From IMG/VR virus record IMGVR_UViG_3300027896_000013: a stretch of DNA of 64,000 nt, one strand, 5' to 3'. Under the pieces are notes generated by a model. The model was not told the DNA's origin and did not search any database. It saw only the letters and a program-made list of their open reading frames with translations. Numbering within the stretch: position 1 is the first letter of the stretch; each line of letters opens with the position of its first letter. This document shows positions 10,097 to 19,291 of the stretch, in pieces. The stretch is from a virus. The position numbers and the translations under genes are program-made.

Positions 10097-10858
10097 TTAA
10101 ACGGATAGAGCTTTGTTCCAGATCATCAATTGAAGTCTTGGACTGAATTTAACACAGTATTGTTTACAGATGTCTGCAACATATGCTGATTGTTTACTTT
10201 GCTCATCACGGGAACCGCAACATGGCATAAGCCATATAAGAGATTTTGGAAGCTTGACTACCGGAGAATTTACAAAGTTCCGGTCAATCTCCTTAACATC
10301 TTCTTCACTCTTAACTACAAACTTAAAACACGCATTAGCTTGCACTAATACTTTGAGAACTTCTGGTACGTATCGCTTATCTTCAGGGTCACCACCAAGA
10401 GCTAGCTTAGGTGATACTGTAAATGTTACAGAGAATAAGTTTACCCAATCTGAATGCGGCATAACGGTACCGTTAGTCTCAATATCTATCCGAGGTAGGA
10501 ATTCATACTTCTCTGCAAGACGTTTAATAAAGTTAATCAACGGTTCCTGTCTTAAAAGCGGTTCACCACCTGTAATTTTTAGAAGCGCACCGTTTTGAAG
10601 CTTTTCAATATATCCATTCTTCTCTAATAGAGCGAACGTCTCATCAAACGTCAATTTATTCTTCTGTGACCATGATACGAACGAATCACAACCATAAGGT
10701 GAATCTACAGACGCAAAACCTTTACACGTAAGGTTGCAGCCAAAGAGTCGAAGAAATACTGATGGAAAACCTGCAAAGCGTCCTTCACCTTCAACTGTAT
10801 AAAATATTTCTGGTTCAGAGTTAACACCAGCAAAGAGTAGATAATTATCGTCTGTCAT
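10097..10858 (-). CDS. queE: 7-carboxy-7-deazaguanine synthase (radical SAM)
   Basis: EIFYTVEGEG..G.PSVFLRL.GCNLTC-x11-CDS, ITGGEPLL, IETNGT, VSPKL, FSPRLQ. Confidence 0.92.
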   Translation of the reverse strand: MTDDNYLLFAGVNSEPEIFYTVEGEGRFAGFPSVFLRLFGCNLTCKGFASVDSPYGCDSFVSWSQKNKLTFDETFALLEKNGYIEKLQNGALLKITGGEPLLRQEPLINFIKRLAEKYEFLPRIDIETNGTVMPHSDWVNLFSVTFTVSPKLALGGDPEDKRYVPEVLKVLVQANACFKFVVKSEEDVKEIDRNFVNSPVVKLPKSLIWLMPCCGSRDEQSKQSAYVADICKQYCVKFSPRLQLMIWNKALSV

Positions 10859-10893
10859 ATTGAAATAATATATTACTATAGATGTAAATCAAG

Positions 10894-11097
10894 CTATGCT
10901 TTTGGATCTATACCTAATGATCTAAGCTCTGCCATAGCTTCTTCTGGTGTTAGTACCTTTTGATCACATGGTAACATCTTTGATGTTTTCTGTCTAGGTG
11001 TTGGGTCATTATTTGCACCAGTAGCTCTTTGAAGTTGTTCAAAAACACTTTCAAGCTTTTGATGTTCAGGTGATAATTGTCTTTCAATGTGAATCAT
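10894..11097 (-). CDS. hypothetical protein
   Basis: 67 aa, overlaps the upstream gene within an operon. Confidence 0.55.
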   Translation of the reverse strand: MIHIERQLSPEHQKLESVFEQLQRATGANNDPTPRQKTSKMLPCDQKVLTPEEAMAELRSLGIDPKA

Positions 11098-11284
11098 TTT
11101 TATAAAGCTTAATGTAACTTCTAGTTGCTAGATATATTGAAGCAGGCCAAGCTAATGTAGTAAGTGTAGCTACATAACGTGTTTGAGCTTCGCTACCATA
11201 TCTCATATACAAGGATGGTATGATAAAGAAACCTGACCATATCAAACCTAGAATGAAATAGCTGATTAAACAAATCTCAAACAT
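11084..11284 (-). CDS. small membrane protein (2 predicted TM helices)
   Basis: Hydrophobic stretches ICLISYFILGLIWSGFFII and YVATLTTLAWPASIYL. Confidence 0.6.
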   Translation of the reverse strand: MFEICLISYFILGLIWSGFFIIPSLYMRYGSEAQTRYVATLTTLAWPASIYLATRSYIKLYKNDSH

Positions 11285-11287
11285 ATG

Positions 11288-11629
11288 TTACTTCTTGTTA
11301 ACACCCCAAGAGGTACCTTGGAATGGATCCGACCAACCTTGAGACTTCTTGCCAGGTCCAACTGTAGCAGCTTGTGTTTCATCTCTACCTGTAGATACCT
11401 TACAACCAACTTCAGCTGGTCTTACACCAGTAGGTGTCTGTTCTTCAGGTTGCTTAACTTCATTTAACAATACCATTTGTTTATCTTCACCAGTAGACTC
11501 TCCAATGGTCCACTTCTGTACATCATTGATAATTTCATCAACACATTGTTTAAGACTACCTGCAATGATTGCTGATAGTAATTTAGCTGCACATTGTTCA
11601 ACCATCTGTTCTCGTGATATTGTACTCAT
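11288..11629 (-). CDS. hypothetical protein (early)
   Basis: TTGATT-16-TAAAAT 6 nt before the ATG. Confidence 0.7.
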   Translation of the reverse strand: MSTISREQMVEQCAAKLLSAIIAGSLKQCVDEIINDVQKWTIGESTGEDKQMVLLNEVKQPEEQTPTGVRPAEVGCKVSTGRDETQAATVGPGKKSQGWSDPFQGTSWGVNKK

Positions 11630-11786
11630 GTTATTATTTTATCCGTTTACTTTGTTAAATCAATTTATTTCACTCGAAACCTCGGATCCAACCGACAGAA
11701 AGTAGAAAATTATTAATTAAAACAGTAAAGTGTATTAGAAAACAGTAAGATGTCCAAGCCCGTGACAGGTATTCCGTCCGCCTACG

Positions 11787-11819
11787 TATTTACTTTAATC
11801 AGCAGTGGAGATAAATCAA
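11787..11819 (-). promoter_or_regulatory. orphan sigma70-like promoter overlapping a late box
   Basis: TTGATT (11819-11814)-16-TAAAGT (11797-11792) plus TAAATA (11792-11787); no start codon follows. Confidence 0.55.
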
Positions 11820-11839
11820 CTGATACGTAAACATTGAAG

Positions 11840-12730
11840 TTATTTGAAGTTCGCATCTACGTAATACACATCGATCTGTTTACCTTGGTAAGGTACCTTA
11901 CCTTGGCTCTTGATAGCACCCTCAACATCTTGACCTGATGCAAGGTCTTTACCTTTAATTTGTGTACCTGCTGCTTGACCAGCTCTAACTGTGTTACCGT
12001 CTATTACTATGATTGCAGAATATGTTTTGTTTTTACCAACCATGAAGCTTTGTTTCTGTGTATCGTAAACAATGGTATAGTTTGGATTGGACTCTGCTTC
12101 ATTCTTTACAAATGAACCAATAGCTACGTTACCTAGTTGCACTGCATTCGCAGCTGTAGCCATATCAGATACCATGCACTTAGAAATTGAAAAATATGCA
12201 CGCTGGTTTTTATCCAACTCTATTACATATTGACGTTTCAGCATGTTAGCTGTGCTGTTACCGGAGGCAGCCTCTACATTTAACACCGTTTTCTGTCCGA
12301 TATCTGATGCAGATGTTACAGCACCACTCCACACTACATTCTTTTGATCAGTAATAATAAACTTGCTACCTGTTTTAGGCCATCCAGCTGGAAAGTCCAT
12401 CTTGTTATAGAAATCTTTAAGCTGCTGATCTCTAGCTTGAGCATAAGCTGCTTTCACCTTATTATACCCAGCAACGAGAAATTGACTAATACCACCTGCG
12501 CGAGCAGCAGCCATCTTTTGCGCTGCAGCGTTAGGATCTAACAAAGCTGTTTTTAAGCCACCCAATACTGGCTTTGCTATGCCTGTGATAGCTGCTCCAG
12601 CTTTGCTACCTGCTGTGGTAGGTGCTACAGGAGCAGCTGGTGCTGCAGGAGCAGTAAACTTACCGGGTTGAGGTGCACCATATACCTCCATTAAACCAAC
12701 CAACTCGTCAAATTTATTGACAATCTTCAT
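11840..12730 (-). CDS. putative internal head protein
   Basis: N-terminus MKIVNKFDELVGLME followed by an Ala/Pro-rich segment; second gene of a late operon. Confidence 0.6.
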   Translation of the reverse strand: MKIVNKFDELVGLMEVYGAPQPGKFTAPAAPAAPVAPTTAGSKAGAAITGIAKPVLGGLKTALLDPNAAAQKMAAARAGGISQFLVAGYNKVKAAYAQARDQQLKDFYNKMDFPAGWPKTGSKFIITDQKNVVWSGAVTSASDIGQKTVLNVEAASGNSTANMLKRQYVIELDKNQRAYFSISKCMVSDMATAANAVQLGNVAIGSFVKNEAESNPNYTIVYDTQKQSFMVGKNKTYSAIIVIDGNTVRAGQAAGTQIKGKDLASGQDVEGAIKSQGKVPYQGKQIDVYYVDANFK

Positions 12731-13124
12731 ATCGTTTTAAAAATTCTCTATACAAGTTTGATATCTCTTTATTTGTAAATCCATCTTTTGATAAACGCTC
12801 TTCCAACTCTTCAAATGTCTTTGAATTAAAGGGTGCAACTGGAGAGTCACTATCAGGTGATACACCTAACAAATCCTCAACGTAACATTTAAACAAATCA
12901 AACATCGTAGGCTTAGCGAGAGCTGCTTGCGGAATATCTACAACTGGTGAACCAGGTTGAATCATCATCAATTTAATACTAGCCTCATTCTCTTCTAGAA
13001 CATATCCCTCATATCCATCAACAGCTTTATAATTCTCTGCAGAAGCATGTAAAGGGTCAACCTTAACCCTTATTCTTTTGAGGTTCTTGCCATAGATACC
13101 ACGGATTGCCGAATCAAACTTCAT
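12714..13124 (-). CDS. hypothetical late protein
   Basis: MKFD start; TAAATA (13133-13138) 8 nt upstream. Confidence 0.7.
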   Translation of the reverse strand: MKFDSAIRGIYGKNLKRIRVKVDPLHASAENYKAVDGYEGYVLEENEASIKLMMIQPGSPVVDIPQAALAKPTMFDLFKCYVEDLLGVSPDSDSPVAPFNSKTFEELEERLSKDGFTNKEISNLYREFLKRYEDCQ

Positions 13125-13174
13125 TGTAACATTATTTATGTTGAAAATCTAAAAATCACATATACAATAACTAC

Positions 13175-13834
13175 ATGGAACAATCAAAAAGTATTATAAA
13201 ACTACCATTTGCTAACGGAACACACCCTCGTTCTGTAGAAGAAAAGAATAAAATCATACAAAACGCTGCAGAAGCGTATGCAAAATATCTAGATGCACTA
13301 GGTTTTGATTGGAGAAATGACCCAAATTCATCTAATACACCTACTCGAGTTGCCAAAGCATTTGTTAATGACCTCGCGGCTGGTTGCTACGCCGAACCAC
13401 CAAAAATTACAGCATTTGATAATGTTGACAAGTATGATGGTATCGTATGTCAGAATAATATCAAAGTAGTATCGCTTTGCTCTCATCACCACTTAGCCTT
13501 CACAGGTGTTGCGCATGTTGCGTATATTCCTTCTAAGCACGGTAAAGTTATCGGACTCTCTAAGTTGAATCGAATTGTAGAGTATTTTGCTCGTCGACCA
13601 CAGGTTCAAGAGAATCTTACAATGCAGATCTCGAAATATATTGATGAGGTCTGTGAAGGAAACAATGGTACAGCTGTTGTTATCGAAGCAGATCACACAT
13701 GCTGCTCACATCGTGGTATTGGTCATAACTCTACAATGAGAACAGCTAGAATGACTGGAGCGTTTCTTGATAATAAGGATCAATCACGTTCGGAATTCTA
13801 CAAGTTTGTAGAGTTTGCTAAGACTAACAAGTAA
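13175..13834 (+). CDS. folE: GTP cyclohydrolase I
   Basis: TPTRVAK, SLCSHHHLAF.G.AHVAYIP, VIGLSKLNRIV..FARRPQVQE.LT, H.C...RG; TTGAAA-16-TACAAT 6 nt upstream. Confidence 0.95.
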   Translation: MEQSKSIIKLPFANGTHPRSVEEKNKIIQNAAEAYAKYLDALGFDWRNDPNSSNTPTRVAKAFVNDLAAGCYAEPPKITAFDNVDKYDGIVCQNNIKVVSLCSHHHLAFTGVAHVAYIPSKHGKVIGLSKLNRIVEYFARRPQVQENLTMQISKYIDEVCEGNNGTAVVIEADHTCCSHRGIGHNSTMRTARMTGAFLDNKDQSRSEFYKFVEFAKTNK

Positions 13835-13836
13835 TA

Positions 13837-14250
13837 TTAAACGACTTTCGACTTGTTAGTATCAACTACTGCGTCGATTTTCTTTAAGAATGGCTCTCCA
13901 ATCAGGACTTTCTCCTGATTGGAGCTTCTATCTGATAAGCTGAAGGGTACATTCTCGAAAAAGTGTGGTCCGATACGCATATTCAAGTGTACAACGTATC
14001 TATCATGTATCTTTTCACCAGCTAATATCTCAATTGTATCAACTATCTTCATAACAAGTGTTTTATCGTTCACTGTAAGGAACCTAACCTTGTTATCCTT
14101 AATAGGTGTTATATTATCTGCGTGAATAACGTTATAACCAGTGTTACCAGTATCTATCCGAGCAGATAATCGACCAATTCCGTCAATTTCTACCTCCTCG
14201 ACAGTACCTAACACCTGCTGGGATTCAAAAAAATCTTTAAAACGCTTCAC
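13837..14250 (-). CDS. retropepsin-like aspartyl protease (RimK-associated 'ATP-dependent Zn protease' family)
   Basis: ARIDTG, R.VV, FSLSDRS....VLIG; N-terminus MKRFKDFFE; late box 5 nt upstream. Confidence 0.82.
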   Translation of the reverse strand: MKRFKDFFESQQVLGTVEEVEIDGIGRLSARIDTGNTGYNVIHADNITPIKDNKVRFLTVNDKTLVMKIVDTIEILAGEKIHDRYVVHLNMRIGPHFFENVPFSLSDRSSNQEKVLIGEPFLKKIDAVVDTNKSKVV

Positions 14251-14290
14251 TATAGTATTTATCTCGACTAACTCATATAAATAACTGTAT

Positions 14291-14869
14291 ATGGTTATTA
14301 ACGAGAATCACGACATCATGAAGATCTACAAAGAGAATCTTCAGACACCATCACAGGTACTAGGTATTGGACATGAAAATCTGTCAAAACTTCAAGTACC
14401 TACACGCTGCTGTAAGAAATGTGGTAATTGCCCTGAAGAGTCAGAGGAAGATATGGGTGAAGAGGATGGTGAGACACCTTTAAACTCGTCAACTGAAGAG
14501 ATGTATCACGATAAGGTATCAGTTGATATAGACGGTTTGGGTAGAGCTTTCGATATCGTAGATGTAAATGACACTGTTATACCTTACAAGATTAACATCG
14601 ACTTCAGATCTTGGGGTATTAATGGCATAGATGTTAGACCTACAGGTGAAATTTCAGTTAATGCGTTCTGTACAAAGTATGACAACGGTGAAGGTAAAGA
14701 TATAGAAGTAGAACGCAACTTTAAGGTTAATCTTGATAAACTAAAAGTGGAATATCATGATGGTAGAGTTATTAAACCATGTGAGCTTCACCTTTATATT
14801 GGACCTGATCACGAAGTTCTTTATGAAAGATCTTATATTGAGTTCTATATGATCTCAACAGACTTTTAA
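14291..14869 (+). CDS. hypothetical late protein (Cys cluster, acidic)
   Basis: Perfect TATAAATA (14276-14283) 7 nt upstream; CCKKCGNC. Confidence 0.7.
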   Translation: MVINENHDIMKIYKENLQTPSQVLGIGHENLSKLQVPTRCCKKCGNCPEESEEDMGEEDGETPLNSSTEEMYHDKVSVDIDGLGRAFDIVDVNDTVIPYKINIDFRSWGINGIDVRPTGEISVNAFCTKYDNGEGKDIEVERNFKVNLDKLKVEYHDGRVIKPCELHLYIGPDHEVLYERSYIEFYMISTDF

Positions 14870-15060
14870 ACGGACGGGTAACCAGGAAACTTACCTTCAA
14901 AATCACCTGTTACCATTGAATTACTTGGTAATGATGATGGTGTATTAACGTAATTACACTTTCCAGTATAATTCTCTGGGTTCATATTAGATGGAGCATT
15001 ACTCCTTACCCGCTTTAAGCGTTTTTTCTTCTTGCTTATAAACTCCTTAAAGGATTTCAT
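14866..15060 (-). CDS. small basic late protein
   Basis: MKSFKEFI start resembles the T4 internal-protein leader; coupled to the upstream gene. Confidence 0.65.
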   Translation of the reverse strand: MKSFKEFISKKKKRLKRVRSNAPSNMNPENYTGKCNYVNTPSSLPSNSMVTGDFEGKFPGYPSV

Positions 15061-15063
15061 AAC

Positions 15064-15480
15064 TTAAACAGATTTGAGGAGACCTTCAACTGTTTTATCT
15101 TTAGAACCATACTTGCTAATAATAGGCAGAAGCTTGTTAAACGCATCATCTGCGTTAGTTTCATTTATCTCATTAGTGTCAGCACCATCAGCACCTTTAA
15201 ATTTCAGGTCATTAACAGCAGCAATATCAGTTTCATCAGGTGAAGCAGTGAAAGCTGTCTTTAAAAGCTTTACCAACATCACATAATTCTCAGATGAGAG
15301 CTGTTTTACTTCCGGTTGTTGGTTTTCGATCGTTTCAGGAGCAGGTTCAGCAGCGTTAGCATCTGCAGCTGGTGCTGCTTCTGCGCCTGGTGCTGGTATA
15401 GCTGATTCGGTTGAGCCTAAAGTAGCATCCTCTTCGGTGAGAATACCATAACGTTGACAGATTGAATTAAAACGCTTCAC
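15064..15480 (-). CDS. putative internal head protein
   Basis: MKRFNSICQRYGILTE then Ala/Pro/Glu-rich; TAAATA (15486-15491) 5 nt upstream. Confidence 0.65.
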   Translation of the reverse strand: MKRFNSICQRYGILTEEDATLGSTESAIPAPGAEAAPAADANAAEPAPETIENQQPEVKQLSSENYVMLVKLLKTAFTASPDETDIAAVNDLKFKGADGADTNEINETNADDAFNKLLPIISKYGSKDKTVEGLLKSV

Positions 15481-15491
15481 AATAGTATTTA

Positions 15492-16073
15492 TTAGATCGA
15501 CATAATAAGCTTTGATTTAAGGCTTTGAAAATATTCCTTGTTAAGATACTTTAAACCTTCCTTTTCGGTATACTTTCGCACCTTTTCAAATGTAAAATCA
15601 CTGTAATCTTTATCAGCAATAGCAGATAACTCCCTCTTTACTTCCTTTATTACGCCTGTTGCTATGAGCGGATTGACAAAATCTGTGTATTGATACTTCG
15701 CGAAGTAAACAAGTATAGGTAGCTTCTTATCTATGTCGTTTAATGTATGCCAGATAGCTCGGACAACGTACGGGTGCACCGAAGGACACGCTATCTCTAC
15801 TACATTTTCAAGCTCATCCTTGTTAGTATATACAGTTGTTTTAAGATTACCGTGTGAATTAGCCTTTCGCACCTCCTCACACACGCCTAGTATGACATTA
15901 TGTTTGATTAAACGCTTTGCGATCGGTGTAGGCTCCTGCCACCACTTAATATCTAGATTGTTTAGTTGTACACCTAGTGTAGGTGCAATCTTAACCTTAT
16001 ACAAGGTAGAGAAGTCAACTACACAAAGGCCCACATCCGGTAGTAGTCGGAACCGTGGTTTCAAGCTGTTCAT
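15492..16073 (-). CDS. hypothetical protein
   Basis: 193 aa ORF downstream of the resolvase. Confidence 0.65.
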   Translation of the reverse strand: MNSLKPRFRLLPDVGLCVVDFSTLYKVKIAPTLGVQLNNLDIKWWQEPTPIAKRLIKHNVILGVCEEVRKANSHGNLKTTVYTNKDELENVVEIACPSVHPYVVRAIWHTLNDIDKKLPILVYFAKYQYTDFVNPLIATGVIKEVKRELSAIADKDYSDFTFEKVRKYTEKEGLKYLNKEYFQSLKSKLIMSI

Positions 16074-16584
16074 TGCATGATTGTAGTATTTCTGCGCGTT
16101 TATTCAAGAGAAAATCTTTGTTAGCTTCAAAAAAACCATCTATGGTGCAGATAGTGTATCGTTTGTATTGAATATAGTTACCAGGTGTACGGATCTGAAG
16201 AGAATTGTGATACTTACTATCAAATACAACGAAAGGTGTTACGTGATTTAGTTTAACGGCTAGAAACCACAGCTTATTACAAGCAGAAGCTTGTTCTATC
16301 CAACCATCCAATTGTTTATTTGTATCAAGAAGACTGACAAAGGAGAAATCTTTATAGAACTTACATTCAAATGCCAAGTGGCTTAGCTCATCTGGTGCAA
16401 TCAAATCACCCGTTGATAGTAAAGCTTGACTTTTAGTTAGCTTATTCAACCTAAAAGAGTTGAAGCCACCTACAAAGGCTCCGCTGGAAGGCACTCTCTC
16501 GAAGTTTAAACCAAAGATTGCTGTAAGCTTCTTTGCGAGCTCTCGCTCAAATGATTTACCTTTGTTCTTAGCTGCGTTACTCAT
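16015..16584 (-). CDS. PD-(D/E)XK Holliday junction resolvase-like nuclease
   Basis: KNKGKSFERELAK, RVPSSGA, GDL, FECK. Confidence 0.85.
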   Translation of the reverse strand: MSNAAKNKGKSFERELAKKLTAIFGLNFERVPSSGAFVGGFNSFRLNKLTKSQALLSTGDLIAPDELSHLAFECKFYKDFSFVSLLDTNKQLDGWIEQASACNKLWFLAVKLNHVTPFVVFDSKYHNSLQIRTPGNYIQYKRYTICTIDGFFEANKDFLLNKRAEILQSCNEQLETTVPTTTGCGPLCS

Positions 16585-16805
16585 GCTGCAGATAACTTAC
16601 ACCGTTGCATCAAGATGGCAACCTTCTTACTCTTCTTACCTTTTTTCTTCTTTTGGCCGAGAAAGCTTGGCATTCTAGCATCACCTGGTGCGTATATTTT
16701 GTCGCTGCTAAATACTGAGTGAGAAACATCAGGTGAACCAAACGCAGTTGAGGCTACATTTGACATCTCCATTAACTTATTGTATGTTGAGTTGAAGCGC
16801 TTCAT
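16581..16805 (-). CDS. small late protein with basic C-terminus
   Basis: MKRFNSTYNKLME; YAPGDARMP; Lys-rich tail. Confidence 0.65.
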   Translation of the reverse strand: MKRFNSTYNKLMEMSNVASTAFGSPDVSHSVFSSDKIYAPGDARMPSFLGQKKKKGKKSKKVAILMQRCKLSAA

Positions 16806-16838
16806 TGATTTCCGTACTTTGTGTTATATAATTTACTT

Positions 16839-17234
16839 ATGGTCGATATTGAAAGCTACATTACAGAACTTGATAAAGATCTTCAAGTTACTGCTTTTAA
16901 CATAAAAGAAGTTCAGATGAGGTTACCTGCTATTAAACATAAGTGGGTCGGTAGATTTATTAGACATAAGATAGATTTGTTCAAAAAGCTTGCAGCTCGT
17001 GACGCAAAAGCCAAAGAAATGAGAAATGCTATTATGGATCAATCTCCTGTTAAAATCACTGAACCCGCCGCTGATAGAGTAGCCATAAACAGTCAAACTA
17101 TCAAAGACATGGACGCAGAGATAGATAATCTCAAGCTTGTTCTCGAATTCTTGGAAAAATCAGAGAAGACTTTAAGCTCAATGACATGGGATATTAAGAA
17201 TATGGTTGACTTAATTAAGGCAGAGCAATCATGA
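16839..17234 (+). CDS. uvsY: recombination mediator UvsY
   Basis: Helical; LPAIKHKW, LEFLEK..K.LSSMTWDIKNMVD; next to uvsW. Start moved to ATG 16839, 6 nt after TATAAT. Confidence 0.8.
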   Translation: MVDIESYITELDKDLQVTAFNIKEVQMRLPAIKHKWVGRFIRHKIDLFKKLAARDAKAKEMRNAIMDQSPVKITEPAADRVAINSQTIKDMDAEIDNLKLVLEFLEKSEKTLSSMTWDIKNMVDLIKAEQS

Positions 17235-18694
17235 TAAAATTTTATTTGGATAAGGGTGGTAAGTACGCTGTAATAGAGACAGATCACCTCACAGAGATAC
17301 GAGAACACTTCTCAGTTGAGAACGATAATGCTAAATTTATTAAGCGTTTTAACCGCTTTGCTTCACCTCGACAGTACGCAATTACACCTACAGGTAGATT
17401 TGATGCACCTCTATTCTCGGAGATATTAAAGTATTTGTTAGCCAGTAACAACACAGATGAAATCGTAATAGAAGACTCCGAATTTAAACACTGCGTATCA
17501 CCTGCAAACCATCTTTGGGGTGCTGACCATTCAACGGAGCCGTATAAGCTGAATCTAGAATTGAGGGATTATCAAGCGGATATTGTTAATAAGTGTTTAG
17601 TTGTAGGTAGAGGTACGGTTGTATTAGCGACAGCTGGTGGTAAAACACTTACAATGGCTTCACTTATAAGTCGAGTGTTTACGTTTTTTAAATCAACTAA
17701 CCACGCGGACGATTTTAAGTGTTTGGTTATTGTACCAGATAGAGGTTTAGCATCTCAAACGTATAACGATTTCACATCTTACGGTGTACCTTTTACATTC
17801 TCGAAGTGGACTGGTGATGATGCTCTTAATCTGTCTAGCAATGTCATCATTGCTAATGCTGGTATAATGCAAAGTGAGAACAGCAATCTAGATTGGGCAG
17901 AGTTTGTTGATATGTTGGTCGTAGATGAAGTTCACAAGGTAAGAAAAGGTAACCAGATAACGGATCTAATAAAAAATATCAAGACATACTGCAAATTCGG
18001 CTTTACTGGTACAATGCCAGAGGGATTACTTGATCAATGGAATATCATCGGTAAAGTCGGACCTATAATCTATGAGAAGAATAGCACCTCATTGAGAAAG
18101 GAAGGTTATATATCCAATGTAATCTGTCAAGTCATTGAAATATCTTATAAGGATATACCTGCACCAGTTGAAGACAAGATGAAGGCATACAGAGCAGAGC
18201 TTGAATTTATTATCAGTAATCAGTATCGCAACAACGTTCTAGGTACTTTAGCTAAAAATGTAACAAACAATTCACTAATCCTAGTAGACTTCATCGAGCA
18301 TGGGTTGATTCTTGAAGAAATTCTTAAGAAAATGTGCACAGACAAGCAAGTATTCTTTATTAGAGGTTCAGTCGAAATTGATGAACGAGAGAGAATTAAG
18401 CAGCTGATAGAAAGCAATACTAACGTAGTTGTTGTTGCAATATCAAAAATCTTCTCAACAGGTATTGATATTAAGAATTTACACTACATTATATTCGCAG
18501 GTGGAGGTAAAGCTAAAATAAAAGTATTGCAGTCAATCGGTCGCGGGCTGAGATTACATACATCAAAGCAAAAGCTGACTCTTATTGACATAGTTGACGA
18601 TTTAAAATATGGCAACCGACATGCAGATAAAAGACAAAATTTATATGAAAAAGAAAACATCCCCTTCTCAATCAAAAAAATTGAAGAAGCTTGA
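17231..18694 (+). CDS. uvsW: UvsW SF2 DNA helicase
   Basis: LRDYQ, ATAGGKT, VDEVH, GFTGT, IFSTGIDIKNLH, LQSIGRGLR. Confidence 0.93.
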   Translation: MIKFYLDKGGKYAVIETDHLTEIREHFSVENDNAKFIKRFNRFASPRQYAITPTGRFDAPLFSEILKYLLASNNTDEIVIEDSEFKHCVSPANHLWGADHSTEPYKLNLELRDYQADIVNKCLVVGRGTVVLATAGGKTLTMASLISRVFTFFKSTNHADDFKCLVIVPDRGLASQTYNDFTSYGVPFTFSKWTGDDALNLSSNVIIANAGIMQSENSNLDWAEFVDMLVVDEVHKVRKGNQITDLIKNIKTYCKFGFTGTMPEGLLDQWNIIGKVGPIIYEKNSTSLRKEGYISNVICQVIEISYKDIPAPVEDKMKAYRAELEFIISNQYRNNVLGTLAKNVTNNSLILVDFIEHGLILEEILKKMCTDKQVFFIRGSVEIDERERIKQLIESNTNVVVVAISKIFSTGIDIKNLHYIIFAGGGKAKIKVLQSIGRGLRLHTSKQKLTLIDIVDDLKYGNRHADKRQNLYEKENIPFSIKKIEEA

Positions 18695-19289
18695 TATTGT
18701 TGAAAGCTTGGTGGATGCAGATATTATTACTGCAGATCCGACAGATGCTGACATCAAAGAGCTTGCAAAGATTGTACCTGTAGACATTGTCGGTGAGGCT
18801 ACACTCACTGTGAGCATTGTAAACGGTAAACCAAAGAAGATACGCAAGAAGTCAAAAGCAAGTGAAAGAGAGCACTATGTTAATGGTAAGGAGTTTGAAG
18901 AGCGTATTAAAGTGTTCTACGATACGGGTAACATATCAGATGAATTGGCAGATTCAATTAATAAGATAGCGAATGGTTTAAGTTTTGCTCCAAACTTCAT
19001 CAACTACTCGTACAAAGATGATATGGTAGGTGACGCCATCGTAAAGATGTTCTCAGCTCTAAAAAATAAGAAGTTCATGCTCAATTCAGGTTTCTCACCT
19101 TTCTCATACTTTACCACAATCGCATTTCATGCATTCATCAACAGAATAAAAAAGGAGAAGAGGTATCACGAAGCTATAACAGAGTATAAAGAGAAGGTAT
19201 ACACTGATACAATGCATCAAGTTGGTACAGCAACAAGCACTATCTACGTCGAGCCTGTAAGCAACGGTAACGAGGATAATGGCGAATAA
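18645..19289 (+). CDS. gp55: late-transcription sigma factor gp55
   Basis: HYVNGKEF, KIANGLS..PNFINYSYKDDMVGDA, PFSYFTTIAFHAFINRIKKEK; upstream of gp47/46; start uncertain (18609 or 18645). Confidence 0.9.
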   Translation: MKKKTSPSQSKKLKKLDIVESLVDADIITADPTDADIKELAKIVPVDIVGEATLTVSIVNGKPKKIRKKSKASEREHYVNGKEFEERIKVFYDTGNISDELADSINKIANGLSFAPNFINYSYKDDMVGDAIVKMFSALKNKKFMLNSGFSPFSYFTTIAFHAFINRIKKEKRYHEAITEYKEKVYTDTMHQVGTATSTIYVEPVSNGNEDNGE

Positions 19290-19291
19290 TT

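Noticed and set aside
10675-10745. Non-canonical CX3CX11C in QueE as a sign of inactivation
   Set aside because: QueE enzymes are known to tolerate insertions in the cluster-binding motif, and all other motifs are intact.
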